Positions 15,786-24,595 of a DNA stretch of 59,673 nucleotides are shown here, piece by piece (the stretch's first letter is position 1; every line of letters begins with the position of its first letter). The stretch lies in IMG/VR virus record IMGVR_UViG_3300045141_000191, positions 1 through 59,673 of that record. One strand, written 5' to 3'. Made by a program: the position numbers and the translations under genes. The notes under the pieces were generated by a model. It had not been told where the DNA came from. It saw only the letters and a program-made list of their open reading frames with translations, and did no database searches. Origin of the DNA: a virus (Duplodnaviria > Caudoviricetes).

Positions 15786-17260
15786 CGGAGACCACACGGC
15801 AAAACGAACCCCGCCGGCCCGGTCGGGAGGTAGACGTACTCGCCCTTCGTCGTCGTCGGCATCCCGAAGCCCACCCCAGTCGTCGTCGTCAGGACTGGCA
15901 CACCGGGGAACCCGCCGATCGGCGCGACGTACGCCTTCGCCTGGTACGAGGGCGACATCCGGAGCGCTGGCATGAAGACGTGACCGTTCGAGATCGCGGC
16001 GGAGACCCCCGCCGGCGCCCACGTCTCACCCGGAGCGGTCGGGATCTTCCACGAGCCCATGAGCGTCGCCGTGAGGCCGGTGCGGACGACGGAGACGAGG
16101 GCGTACGTGTACGACGCCTCGCCCGTGAGCGGCCGTAGTTCGATCAGGACGCGGAGGTTCGGGCCGCCATCCGTCGCGGCGGTGTAATACTGAATCCCGC
16201 GCCCACCGAGATCGACTGGCGAGAGAACCCGCGTCGGCATCCCGTTCGTGAGCGCGCCGGCGGGTCCGGGGTTCGAGGCGTCCACGATCGTCAGCCCGCT
16301 GCCGTTGAGGAAGAGCAGGAAGCCGCCGACCGCGCGCGGGAGGTAGCCGGTCCAGGTCGGGCGCTCGGCGTGCGCGTCGAGGTTGTGGCGCGCCATCGTC
16401 GTCGGGAGCGTCGTGATCTCTGCGGCTGAGGAGCCCGCCGTCGAGATCCCGTACGCGACGTAGCGGCCGCCCGCGTGGACGATCACCGGGGCGAGCCGGT
16501 CGAGGCCGAAGGAGCCGGTGAAGCGGAAGCCCTCGGCGTAGTCGAGCGTGCCGACGACGACGCCCCAGCCGTCACCGGGTCCGCCCAGGCCGATCGCGGC
16601 GCGGAGGCCGTCCGCCGTGACGTGGCTCCCGAACGTGTAGCTCTGGCCGTCGCCAGCCGCGACGATGCCCTGGTTGCGGAGGTCGTCGTAGCGCAGCGCC
16701 GTGGGGGCGCCGGGCGTGTCGATCTGGAGGGTCGAATACCCGAACGCCTCCTGAACGAAAAGACGGTGCTCGCCGTTGTAGACCGTCATCGAGTTCGTGA
16801 ACCCGGTCGAGAGCGAGTCCGGGCGTGCGGCTCCGGGCGGGCGCGGCTCGAACTGGAAGGGCGGAGCCGTGCACGCAACGGGCGGGGCCGTGGGCGTCGG
16901 AGGCGCCGCCGTGGGGGTCGGCTGGGGGGCGGGCGCCGTGGCCGTCGGGAGGGGCACGGGAGTCGTCCCAGGGCAGACGGGGCACGGCGGGGTCGGGGTC
17001 GGGGTCGGGGTCGCCGTAGTGGTCGGGATCGGCGTCGGCTCGAGCGTGGGCCCTGGAGTCGGCGGGCATGTCGGGCAGGCCGGATGCGTCGCCGTCGGCG
17101 TGGGCGTCGCGGCGATCGTCGGGGCCGGCGTAGCCGGGCGAGGCGTCGGAGACTTCGTCGCGGTCGGCACGGGCGTCGGCGGGACGATGTCGGCGAGGAG
17201 GGCCGCCCGCCCGAACATCGACATGAGGATCGAGGCGAGGACGAGCGAGCGGCTGTTCAT
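15782..17260 (-). CDS. Secreted protein: signal peptide, long Pro/Thr linker, beta-rich C-domain
   Basis: AAGGAG SD before ATG 17260; MNSRSLVLASILMSMFGRAALLA; PT repeats; LTIVDASNP-type (LVIVD-like) strands. Confidence 0.7.
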   Translation of the reverse strand: MNSRSLVLASILMSMFGRAALLADIVPPTPVPTATKSPTPRPATPAPTIAATPTPTATHPACPTCPPTPGPTLEPTPIPTTTATPTPTPTPPCPVCPGTTPVPLPTATAPAPQPTPTAAPPTPTAPPVACTAPPFQFEPRPPGAARPDSLSTGFTNSMTVYNGEHRLFVQEAFGYSTLQIDTPGAPTALRYDDLRNQGIVAAGDGQSYTFGSHVTADGLRAAIGLGGPGDGWGVVVGTLDYAEGFRFTGSFGLDRLAPVIVHAGGRYVAYGISTAGSSAAEITTLPTTMARHNLDAHAERPTWTGYLPRAVGGFLLFLNGSGLTIVDASNPGPAGALTNGMPTRVLSPVDLGGRGIQYYTAATDGGPNLRVLIELRPLTGEASYTYALVSVVRTGLTATLMGSWKIPTAPGETWAPAGVSAAISNGHVFMPALRMSPSYQAKAYVAPIGGFPGVPVLTTTTGVGFGMPTTTKGEYVYLPTGPAGFVLPCGLR

Positions 17261-17274
17261 CGTCGTGCTCCTTG

Positions 17275-17796
17275 TCAGGGCTGGGCGCCGGAGGCCGAGG
17301 AGACGGCGATCCCGACGCAGTAGTTCGCGGCGTTCGAGATGGTCGGATTGTCCTTCAGCGGGCCGAAGTACGCCGAGGCGACGGCGCTCTGGCCGAGGAG
17401 GAGGATGCGGACCGACTCGGTCGGGAGGTTGCGCGCGCCCTCGCCGGCGATCTCGTCCTGTTCCTCCGGGGTGGTCGCCGTGACGAGCTGGGTGCACTTC
17501 TTGCGGGCCGTGGCGAGCGTCGACTCCTGCCAGGAGGCGCGGTGGCCGTCGCGGGTGTAGCCCATCGAGGCGTAGCTCTTGAGGAGCTCGTCGCTGGCGT
17601 CGGTCGGCAGGGCCTTGATGACGGCCTGCCAGGTGTTCGGCTCGTTCGGCACGTCGCCGCCGGGCCAGCCCTCGGCGTATTCCTGCGGGACGCCGTTCTC
17701 CGCGCAGAACTCCGCCTGCTGGTTGGCGGTCGGGTCCCACCACCCTTCGGAGGCCCGCCCGGCAATCGCTTCCTTGATGTGACCGTCCATGTCCAT
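17275..17796 (-). CDS. Hypothetical protein
   Basis: GAGGAG SD (start may be ATG 17790), strong codon bias, MDMDGHIKEA. Confidence 0.65.
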   Translation of the reverse strand: MDMDGHIKEAIAGRASEGWWDPTANQQAEFCAENGVPQEYAEGWPGGDVPNEPNTWQAVIKALPTDASDELLKSYASMGYTRDGHRASWQESTLATARKKCTQLVTATTPEEQDEIAGEGARNLPTESVRILLLGQSAVASAYFGPLKDNPTISNAANYCVGIAVSSASGAQP

Positions 17797-17837
17797 GCTC
17801 CTCTTGTTAGTGCGGCCACGCCGCCGCGGTTGTAAGG

Positions 17838-18050
17838 TCAGGATTCTTCCTTTACCCGGTCGTACGTGTCGGCCTTGTTCAGGAGCCAGCGGGCGAGCTG
17901 GCGATAGATGCAGGAGATCCACTTGTGCTCGCGGATCTTGCCGTACGGCTCCGCCCGCCATTCGGATGTCGCCCCGCAGTCCTTGCAGACGGTGCGCAGC
18001 GTCCAGAACCGCGGCGCGTCTGGCGGGCGTTCGACCGGGACGTCCGTCAT
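17838..18050 (-). CDS. Hypothetical protein (CxxC)
   Basis: ATGA overlap; CKDCG. Confidence 0.5.
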   Translation of the reverse strand: MTDVPVERPPDAPRFWTLRTVCKDCGATSEWRAEPYGKIREHKWISCIYRQLARWLLNKADTYDRVKEES

Positions 18051-18304
18051 CCCGTCGCCCGTAGCGGCTCGCCAGGGAACGGGAGGCCCCACCGCTTGCA
18101 GAACCGCTCGGCCCCGAGGTCGTCGACCGACTCCGGCTCCTCGAGATCGAACGGGAACGTGTCGTCGGTCGTCTCCGGCGCGTGCTCCGGCTCCGGGTCC
18201 ACATCCTCCTCTGGGGCTGGCGGCGGCGGGGTCGGCATCGGTGCTGGCACCGGCTGGGGCGGGAGCTCAGGAAAAAGGTCGGGCTGGATCAGATCGTCGC
18301 TCAT
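18047..18304 (-). CDS. Pro-rich acidic hypothetical protein
   Basis: ATGA overlap; MSDDLIQPDLFPELPP. Confidence 0.55.
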   Translation of the reverse strand: MSDDLIQPDLFPELPPQPVPAPMPTPPPPAPEEDVDPEPEHAPETTDDTFPFDLEEPESVDDLGAERFCKRWGLPFPGEPLRATG

Positions 18305-18678
18305 CGTCCGGTCCCCCTCGCTGACCGGATCGTCTCGAGCACGGTCCGGGCCGAAGTCTCCGCGTGGTTGCGCAGGATGATGTTCGCGTATTCGCGCTCG
18401 AGGCCAGCGCAGCAGTCGTCCAGGTACGAGGCGAGGAGCGGAAGCCACCCGATCTTCGGCGGCGGCTCCGGTCCGGGCTCTAGGTCGGCCGCGAGCGTGA
18501 CGGCGTCGAATCCCTTCCCGGCCTTGTCGTGGAGTTGCATCATCCGAAAGATCGCCGCCCGCTTCGGACTCGAGAACATGTCGGGCGTGAGACGGGCGCA
18601 CATGGTCATCGTGTTCGTCAGGATGAGGGCGCCGAGCAGGCCCTTCTCCACACGCACGATCGTGGGGTCGTTCGTCAC
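18301..18678 (-). CDS. Stand-alone DnaB helicase N-terminal-like domain
   Basis: EKGLLGALIL...LTPDMFSSPKRAAIF...FDAVTLAADL...GWLPLLASY...EYANII follows the DnaB NTD pattern. Confidence 0.7.
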   Translation of the reverse strand: MTNDPTIVRVEKGLLGALILTNTMTMCARLTPDMFSSPKRAAIFRMMQLHDKAGKGFDAVTLAADLEPGPEPPPKIGWLPLLASYLDDCCAGLEREYANIILRNHAETSARTVLETIRSARGTGR

Positions 18679-18929
18679 GGGGTGCCTTTCTTACGCCGCT
18701 CTTCGGCGCACGCTTGGATGCCGTGGAGTCTGAACCGAAGCTGCGGGAAGAGGGGGCTGTCCGACTGGTCGGCTGCCGCCTCCGCGTGGGGGCGCCCATA
18801 GATCATCGAGACGGTCCAGCGGGCGCGGGGGTCCGTCGTCGCCACGGGGTCGAGGCGGACGAGGCCGTCGCGGATGATCGTCGCCCCGCAGTCGGGGCAC
18901 GTGACGACGGGGATCAGTCCGTCGCTCAC
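18675..18929 (-). CDS. Zn-ribbon hypothetical protein
   Basis: CPDCG...H...C; coupled overlaps. Confidence 0.55.
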   Translation of the reverse strand: MSDGLIPVVTCPDCGATIIRDGLVRLDPVATTDPRARWTVSMIYGRPHAEAAADQSDSPLFPQLRFRLHGIQACAEERRKKGTP

Positions 18930-19027
18930 GCGAGGAGCTCCGCGAGCATCCAGAGGAGCCCGCCGGCGAGGACGAGGAAGAAGATCGAATAGGTCGGCAT
19001 CCGGCGCTCCGGTACGAGGTCGACCAT
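18926..19027 (-). CDS. Small membrane peptide
   Basis: Fills the gap with overlaps on both sides; hydrophobic. Confidence 0.4.
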   Translation of the reverse strand: MVDLVPERRMPTYSIFFLVLAGGLLWMLAELLA

Positions 19028-19362
19028 CACCCGATCACCCGGCGGCGGATCAGCGGGGCCTGGATCTTGGCGATGATCGCGGGGATGTCGTCGATCCCCT
19101 GGATGATGAAGAGCGGGCCGCCGCGCCATTCACGGTGGAACCGCTCCTGCGCCGGCGTGAGCGTGCCGTCTGGCCCCTTGACCTCGAGCAGGATCGTCTG
19201 GCCCTGGAAGGACCAGCAGAGGTCCGGGAAGCCGCCGCCGACCTTCGTCGTGTCGATCGGCTCCGGACCGTAGAGCGAGAGCGCCGCAGCGATGGCTGCG
19301 TGGTTGTCGTCGTGGTGCCCGCTCCGGAAGATCCCGTGGCGGGGGAGGCGCTTGCGCGGCAT
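19027..19362 (-). CDS. VRR-NUC / PD-(D/E)XK nuclease (resolvase-like)
   Basis: GFPDL...LLEVK...LTPAQERFH. Confidence 0.8.
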   Translation of the reverse strand: MPRKRLPRHGIFRSGHHDDNHAAIAAALSLYGPEPIDTTKVGGGFPDLCWSFQGQTILLEVKGPDGTLTPAQERFHREWRGGPLFIIQGIDDIPAIIAKIQAPLIRRRVIG

Positions 19363-19383
19363 GGTGTCCCTTTCTGGCTGCGA

Positions 19384-19422
19384 GAAAGAAGGGAGGGGAG
19401 GGGTGCAGCCGCACCACCTCCC
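19384..19422 (-). terminator. Putative terminator hairpin
   Basis: GGGAGGTGGTGC-GGCT-GCACCCCTCCC followed by a pyrimidine run on the minus strand. Confidence 0.4.
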
Positions 19423-19436
19423 CAGCCGGGTGGGTG

Positions 19437-19673
19437 TTACGCCGTGGCCGTCGCGGGAGGAGTGGCGGCGGGCCGCAGGCCGCGCTTGCGGGGCTTGCGG
19501 GGCTTCGCCTCGCCCTTCTCCTTCGCGGCTCCGCGCGGCGTGCCCTTGAGCAGCCCCTTGACGTTCTTGCGCTCCGCCTGGAGGGCGACGAGCGTCTTGT
19601 CGATCTCCGTGAGTCGCTCCTTCAGGGCCTTCTTGCTGTTCAGGAACGCGTCGATGATTTCGGAACCTTCCAC
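19437..19673 (-). CDS. Small coiled-coil protein with basic tail
   Basis: AAGGAGG SD; LKERLTEIDKTLVALQAERK; KPRKPRK. Confidence 0.6.
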   Translation of the reverse strand: MEGSEIIDAFLNSKKALKERLTEIDKTLVALQAERKNVKGLLKGTPRGAAKEKGEAKPRKPRKRGLRPAATPPATATA

Positions 19674-19688
19674 TGGGTGTCCTCCTTG

Positions 19689-20495
19689 TTACTCCGACGC
19701 GAACGGCGCGCCGCCGATGCTACTCGTGAGGAAGTCGAACGACTCCTCCGGCATTTCGAGAGGGTGGGGGCCGTCGCCGTATCCGGGCCACATGTTCGAC
19801 GCCTCGCAGATCGCGACCTGTTCGACCCAGAGCCGGTAGCACTTCTCGCCGTACTCGATGGCGCTCGGCTGCATCTGGAAGGTCGTCACATCGTACGGTG
19901 GCTTGTTCTCGACCGCCACGATGTAGAGGTCGGGGAACGGCGCGCCAGGAGGGAACAGGCCGCCAGCCCGTGCGCCGAGGGCGTACCACGGCAGCTGCGC
20001 GAAGTACTGCATGTTCCGGGCGATCCTGGGGAACCGCTGGGGGCTGACGTCGTAGCTCGTCTTGAGCTCCGTCAGGCGCGGCCGGTCGAGGCGGACATCG
20101 TCGGCGCGGCCCCGGCACCGCCGGCCCATGAACTCCCAGTCGATCGTCACCTCATGCTGACCGTCGAGGAGGAACATCGCGGCGGGGCTCGCCTTCACGG
20201 CGGCCGCCATTCCTCTGGCGTCCTCGATCTCCTGCGGCTTGACGATGTCGAGGCCACGGTGGTCGTTCTTGAAGAGGTCCCACGCCTTGCCGCGGCGGAT
20301 GCCTTCGTCCCAGACGACGAACGTCTGCTCCGGCTCGTCCTCGAGGACGAGGGCGTGCACGACGCGGCCCAGCATCAGCTGCGTCGTGTCCTCGATGCCG
20401 ACCGTGACCGCGTGATGGTAGTGCTTCGGACTTTGCGCCATGTACTTGAGCGTTGAGAAGTGGACGTGGCCGCAGCCGGGTGCGCAGTTCCGCAT
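19689..20495 (-). CDS. RecE/ExoVIII-like PD-(D/E)XK exonuclease (DUF3799-like)
   Basis: SPKHY, MLGRVVHALVLE, CRGRADD, ELKTS, YFAQLPWY, VENKPPY. Confidence 0.8.
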   Translation of the reverse strand: MRNCAPGCGHVHFSTLKYMAQSPKHYHHAVTVGIEDTTQLMLGRVVHALVLEDEPEQTFVVWDEGIRRGKAWDLFKNDHRGLDIVKPQEIEDARGMAAAVKASPAAMFLLDGQHEVTIDWEFMGRRCRGRADDVRLDRPRLTELKTSYDVSPQRFPRIARNMQYFAQLPWYALGARAGGLFPPGAPFPDLYIVAVENKPPYDVTTFQMQPSAIEYGEKCYRLWVEQVAICEASNMWPGYGDGPHPLEMPEESFDFLTSSIGGAPFASE

Positions 20496-20948
20496 CTACT
20501 CGTCCGTGTCGTCGCCAGGTTCGCGGCCCAGCGGTGCGGAGTCCACGCTGCCAGCGGCGAGCGCGTGCGTCGGTGCGGGTGCCTCCTCCGCCTCCTTGAA
20601 CTCGCCCGCCTTCACCTTCGCCGGCGGGACGCCTGGCCGGATGCGGATGGCGTCCACCGTCTCGCCGAACGCGTCGACACGCGTCGAGAACAGGGTGATG
20701 CGCTTGCCGACCCAGTCGTCGATGTCGTTGCCGTACATGCGGGCGATCGTCTTGCCGTTCGTGACGCAGAGGACGAGCCCGCGCCCGTCCTTCGACTCCT
20801 TGAAGAAGAGGATCGGCTTGCGCTCGGTCTTGTCCTTGTTCTTGACCTTCGCGCCGTCCCACCGCTTGATCGTGACGGTGACGTCGCGTTCCTGGAGGTC
20901 GTGGGCGTAGAGATAGTTCGCGTCGTAGAGCGTGCGGAAGTGGGGCAT
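20496..20948 (-). CDS. Putative ssDNA-binding/annealing protein partnered with the exonuclease
   Basis: YLYAHDL, VTIK, LVLCVTNGKTI, GNDIDDWVGKRITL, AIRIRP; acidic tail; adjacent to the RecE-like gene. Confidence 0.55.
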   Translation of the reverse strand: MPHFRTLYDANYLYAHDLQERDVTVTIKRWDGAKVKNKDKTERKPILFFKESKDGRGLVLCVTNGKTIARMYGNDIDDWVGKRITLFSTRVDAFGETVDAIRIRPGVPPAKVKAGEFKEAEEAPAPTHALAAGSVDSAPLGREPGDDTDE

Positions 20949-21184
20949 TAGGTGTCCTTTCTGTGGGCGTCGCTGACGAGCTTTCCGAGAAGAAGAATGG
21001 CCGCCGCGATGAGGACGCACCACGCTGGGTCGAGGATCGGGTGCCGCGGCATGATGCCGAGGAGCACGGCGAGCGTGCGGTTCTCTTGGTTGTCGGCGCC
21101 GACTTTCGCCACGACGCCGACGGCGAGCATCGTCCAGAGGATGAGGTCGGGCCAGCCCATGTAGCGGGGGCGGTGGTCGTTCAT
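20948..21184 (-). CDS. Small two-TM membrane protein
   Basis: Two hydrophobic segments; GGAGG SD. Confidence 0.5.
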   Translation of the reverse strand: MNDHRPRYMGWPDLILWTMLAVGVVAKVGADNQENRTLAVLLGIMPRHPILDPAWCVLIAAAILLLGKLVSDAHRKDT

Positions 21185-21266
21185 CGGTTCCTCCGTCTGG
21201 CGCGTCGGTCGAGCGCCTCGCAGACGAGGAGGACGGTGATGACGAGGAGGCCGTAGCCGATGCCGT

Positions 21267-21725
21267 TCATGCGGTCGGCCTCGCCCACGCGTCGTAGGTC
21301 GCGAGGCGTTCGGCCTCGAGGAAGAACGTCTCGTCCGTGAGACTCGCGGAGCGGTCGAGGCGGCCGAGTTCGCGGGCGGCGATGAAGAAGCCAGCCCCGA
21401 CCTTGCCGTTCGCCTTCACGACGACGCTGCCCAGCATCGGCCGTCTGGCCGCGACCTCGTCCGTGACGATCTCCCAGAGGATCTGGCCGAGTTCGCTCTG
21501 CATGTAGTTCCCTGACTCCGGGAGCCCCATGATCGCGGCGACCGTCTTGTACGTCGTGAGGCCGCGACGCTCGGCGGTTAGGATCAACTCAGACATGACG
21601 CGGTGGTAGGTGGTCGTGCCCCGGTACTTGGACCGGCGGGACGCCTCGACGGCCGCGACGAGTCGCTCCACGACTTCCGGTCGCGCGTCCGTGGCGAGCG
21701 TGGCTTTTTCGGTTTCGGTCAGCAT
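21267..21725 (-). CDS. Hypothetical protein, winged-helix-like
   Basis: TYKTVAAIMGL..LGQIL..RPMLGSVVV..GAGFF; AGAAAGG SD. Confidence 0.65.
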   Translation of the reverse strand: MLTETEKATLATDARPEVVERLVAAVEASRRSKYRGTTTYHRVMSELILTAERRGLTTYKTVAAIMGLPESGNYMQSELGQILWEIVTDEVAARRPMLGSVVVKANGKVGAGFFIAARELGRLDRSASLTDETFFLEAERLATYDAWARPTA

Positions 21726-21744
21726 GGTGGTGTTCCCTTTCTTG

Positions 21745-21885
21745 TTAGCGGTCGTGCCGCTTCTGGTTGTCCTTGACGACGATGAGGATGATGAACGCGA
21801 GGCCAGAGATCACCGCGATGACGCCGAACACGATCGCGATGCCGAGAAGGAGCGCGTCGCCAGGGATCGGCGAGAGGACGCTCAC
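21745..21885 (-). CDS. Small membrane peptide
   Basis: GTGA overlap; long hydrophobic helix. Confidence 0.45.
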   Translation of the reverse strand: MSVLSPIPGDALLLGIAIVFGVIAVISGLAFIILIVVKDNQKRHDR

Positions 21886-22087
21886 GGGTGCGCCCCGAAG
21901 AAGGCGCGGATGATGAGGACGAGCCGTGCGCCGAGAGTCTGCGTCGCGTCGACGTTCGCCCCGAGCGAGGGCGCGAGATCCGGGTCGGCGCGGCGCTTGA
22001 GCGAGGCGGCCAACCAGAGGCGGCGGGCGCGCTGGTAGACCTCCTGCTCGCTCTCCGACATGATGCCGGGCGTGAGCGGTGCCGGCG

Positions 22088-22318
22088 CTACCACGCGACA
22101 CCCCGCTGCTTCTGCTTGATGAGGTCGAGGCGTGCGGCCTCGCGCCGTTTCTCCGCGAACCGGTGCGCCGTGTTCCCGGTGCGGAACCACGCGACGGGGC
22201 CGACGCGAGTGTGGGCGCGCACGTAGACGCGCCCCTCGAGTTTCAGCCGCGCCTTCGCCCGGAGGAGTGCCGCGGCCACTTTCGGGTCGCGGTCGTTGAC
22301 GAAGAGATTGAGGATCAT
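22088..22318 (-). CDS. Hypothetical basic protein, first gene of the leftward operon
   Basis: AGAAAGGA SD downstream of the leftward promoter. Confidence 0.55.
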   Translation of the reverse strand: MILNLFVNDRDPKVAAALLRAKARLKLEGRVYVRAHTRVGPVAWFRTGNTAHRFAEKRREAARLDLIKQKQRGVAW

Positions 22319-22376
22319 CTGTCGTCCTTTCTGGGCCGGTTGAGCGCTGGCCCGTGCGTTCGTTCCATCGGTCGGA

Positions 22377-22427
22377 ATGTTACGGCATCGACGCCACTTG
22401 ACGCAAGCGGTTGGGTCGCGTTATATT
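22377..22427. promoter_or_regulatory. Back-to-back divergent sigma70-like promoters with shared operator
   Basis: Plus: TTGACG(22398)-N18-TATATT(22422). Minus: TTGCGT(22406)-N18-TAACAT(22382). Operator GCAAGCGGTTG at 22403. Sits exactly at the strand switch. Confidence 0.72.
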
Positions 22428-22464
22428 CGCCCCCGCCGAAAGATTCGGCAACAAGGAGCACGAC

Positions 22465-22800
22465 ATGAACCTCACCGCGAAACAGGTCGCCACCCTCAAC
22501 GACCTCCTCTCCGATTTCGACACGCGCCTCCGCAGCTACTCCGGGCGCGGCATGTACGGCAAGGACTGCGTCGGGGTCGACCTCGAGAACTCCGCGCAGA
22601 TCGCCAGCGTGTTCTTCTCGCTGGGCGAGAGGTGCCAGTCCTCTGGCGACGACCGCCTCGCCTCTCTCGGTGACGGCGACGAGCAGATCAAGACGGACTC
22701 GATGGGGCGCGGCCTCATCGTCTACTGGCCGGACGTGTACGTGGCGGACGCGGCCCTGCTCCGGGACGCCGACGAGGAGGACGACGATGCTCGCGGCTAA
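22465..22800 (+). CDS. Hypothetical early protein
   Basis: AAGGAG SD; YSGRGMYGKDCVGV...DSMGRGLIVYWP. Confidence 0.7.
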   Translation: MNLTAKQVATLNDLLSDFDTRLRSYSGRGMYGKDCVGVDLENSAQIASVFFSLGERCQSSGDDRLASLGDGDEQIKTDSMGRGLIVYWPDVYVADAALLRDADEEDDDARG

Positions 22801-23110
22801 GACATTCGAGGTCCGGGACGCGATGACGTTCATCCCGTGCGTCGCGGTGCGCTGCATCGGCGGCGAGGCGCGGGACCAGTGGCTCCTCCGTCGCGCGGGT
22901 TACGGCATGGGCTCCGCGCTCGTGCTCCTCACGCGGCTCGAGGGCGGCGCGGCGGAGTACGACCCGCACGCGTGGCAGAACCGGACGATGGCCGTCGCCC
23001 ACTCGCACATCATGAAGAACTGGGACGACCTCGCGAGCGGCTCCGTGCTCGACGTCGAGTTCATCTTGGGGATCTCGACCGCGCCGAAAACAAGCGAAGA
23101 GGGAGACTGA
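22787..23110 (+). CDS. Hypothetical conserved phage protein
   Basis: GGAGG SD; FEVRDAMTFIP, YDPHAW, VLDVEFILG. Confidence 0.7.
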   Translation: MLAAKTFEVRDAMTFIPCVAVRCIGGEARDQWLLRRAGYGMGSALVLLTRLEGGAAEYDPHAWQNRTMAVAHSHIMKNWDDLASGSVLDVEFILGISTAPKTSEEGD

Positions 23111-23111
23111 G

Positions 23112-23603
23112 ATGCCGACCCCGCCCGACCTTGAGCGCCACCGCGAGATCATCACGGCGGCGCTCACCTCCGCCTCCTATGCTGAGGCCGCCCGGCGCCT
23201 CGGGATCTCCCGCGAGCGCGTCCGACAGGTGATGAAGCTGCACAAGCTGCACCGCCGACCGGAGGAGACGACGCTGGCCGACACGATGATCCGCGCCGCG
23301 CTTCCGGGCGCCCGTAACCTGTCGAGCCTCGCGCGCGCCGTGGGGCTCCGGGCCGAACGCGTGGCACTGGCGCTCGACCGGATGGGGCTCCCGATCCCGC
23401 GGACGCCGCCTCCGGCCCACGGCACGACGAACCGCTACACGCACTACTGCTGCCGCTGCGCGCCGTGCCGCCGCGCCCACGCGAACGCCACCCTCTGGCG
23501 TCGCCGGCGCCGTCAGGGCATCCCGCTCGACGCCCCGATCCTCCGTGGCCGCCCCCGCCTTGACGCAACGCCGGCAGAGACCGGCAAGAAGGAGAACCGA
23601 TGA
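23112..23603 (+). CDS. HTH transcription regulator with Zn finger
   Basis: YAEAARRLGISRERVRQV (sigma region 4-like HTH), a second HTH-like segment, HGT...Y..CRCAPC. Confidence 0.7.
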   Translation: MPTPPDLERHREIITAALTSASYAEAARRLGISRERVRQVMKLHKLHRRPEETTLADTMIRAALPGARNLSSLARAVGLRAERVALALDRMGLPIPRTPPPAHGTTNRYTHYCCRCAPCRRAHANATLWRRRRRQGIPLDAPILRGRPRLDATPAETGKKENR

Positions 23604-23860
23604 TCCGCAACAACGAATACCGCGCCCCCGTCCGTCGTACCCAGCTGCCCGCCGACAGATCAGGGGTCGCCCCGACGCGCTTCCAGCCCGCTGAGATCAG
23701 CGCGCCCCATCTGAAAGCGATCCTCGTCGAGAAGTTCGCGAAGGAGGCGGTCCGCCTCTGGACGCTCATCGGGTACGCCCGGATGGAGGAGCAGACCGGT
23801 AACATCAATCTGAGGCACCGCGAGGCCATGCACGCCGAACTCTTCAGGGGCACGCGATGA
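23600..23860 (+). CDS. Hypothetical protein
   Basis: AAGGAG SD; ATGA overlaps. Confidence 0.55.
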   Translation: MIRNNEYRAPVRRTQLPADRSGVAPTRFQPAEISAPHLKAILVEKFAKEAVRLWTLIGYARMEEQTGNINLRHREAMHAELFRGTR

Positions 23861-24144
23861 GGGACCGTTTCCGCTGCATCGAATGCCAGCTGCTGTTCGA
23901 GGGCCGCATGAACCGGCGCGGGGAGGTCGTGCCGTACGACCGCGCCGGGTCAGACCCGAACGGCAAGATCCACGAGGCCGTCTGCGTGACGTGCTCCTCG
24001 ACCGGCGTGCCGCACCTCGAGATCGGAGACGACACCGCCGAGCGACTCGTCTCGAAGATCGAGGACACCGGCAAGGTCACGACCCCGTGGAAGGAACTCG
24101 TCGCCAGAGCGACGGCGCGCAAGGCGGCGGGGGGTGGCGCATGA
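23857..24144 (+). CDS. Zn-ribbon hypothetical protein
   Basis: CIEC...CVTC. Confidence 0.6.
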   Translation: MRDRFRCIECQLLFEGRMNRRGEVVPYDRAGSDPNGKIHEAVCVTCSSTGVPHLEIGDDTAERLVSKIEDTGKVTTPWKELVARATARKAAGGGA

Positions 24145-24467
24145 GCACCCCCTTCTGCGTCTGCGGCCACCGCGAGGCCGCCCACCTCTACCCGTACGGC
24201 TGCGCGTCGTGCTCGTGCCCGCGGTACGGCCTGAACGCGATGGCCACCGTGGAGGAACTGGCCACGGAAATCGAGCGACTGCGCGAGCGGCTCGAACTCG
24301 ACGGGCAAGCCCTGGAGCTCACGGCCATCATCGCGCACGAGTCGCTGGGGATTCTCGCGGAGGCGCGCCGGGCGCTCCAGGGGACGCGTCGCTGGTACGT
24401 CGCGCACGACACGCTGGCCAAGAGGATCGACGTCGCGCTGGGCCGCGAGGAGTGCGTGACGCGATGA
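24141..24467 (+). CDS. Hypothetical protein (Cys/His finger plus coiled coil)
   Basis: ATGA overlap; CVCGH...H..C..CSC. Confidence 0.55.
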   Translation: MSTPFCVCGHREAAHLYPYGCASCSCPRYGLNAMATVEELATEIERLRERLELDGQALELTAIIAHESLGILAEARRALQGTRRWYVAHDTLAKRIDVALGREECVTR

Positions 24468-24548
24468 TCCGGTTCCCGACCGTCGAGGAACTCGCGACGG
24501 CGGGCCTCTGCCCGCACTGTCTCCGGGAGGCCCCCCCCGTGGCACCCC

Positions 24549-24577
24549 TTGCGCAAGCGGTTGCGCGGTGTTATATT
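24549..24577 (+). promoter_or_regulatory. Sigma70-like promoter with GCAAGCGGTTGC operator
   Basis: TTGCGC-N17-TATATT with extended -10 TG. Confidence 0.7.
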
Positions 24578-24595
24578 TCGGGCGTGGAGGAACCC

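Noticed and set aside
16880-17180. GTCGG(C/G)-type short tandem repeats (also 26240-26345 and 43215-43375)
   Set aside because: Fully explained by Pro-Thr linker coding.
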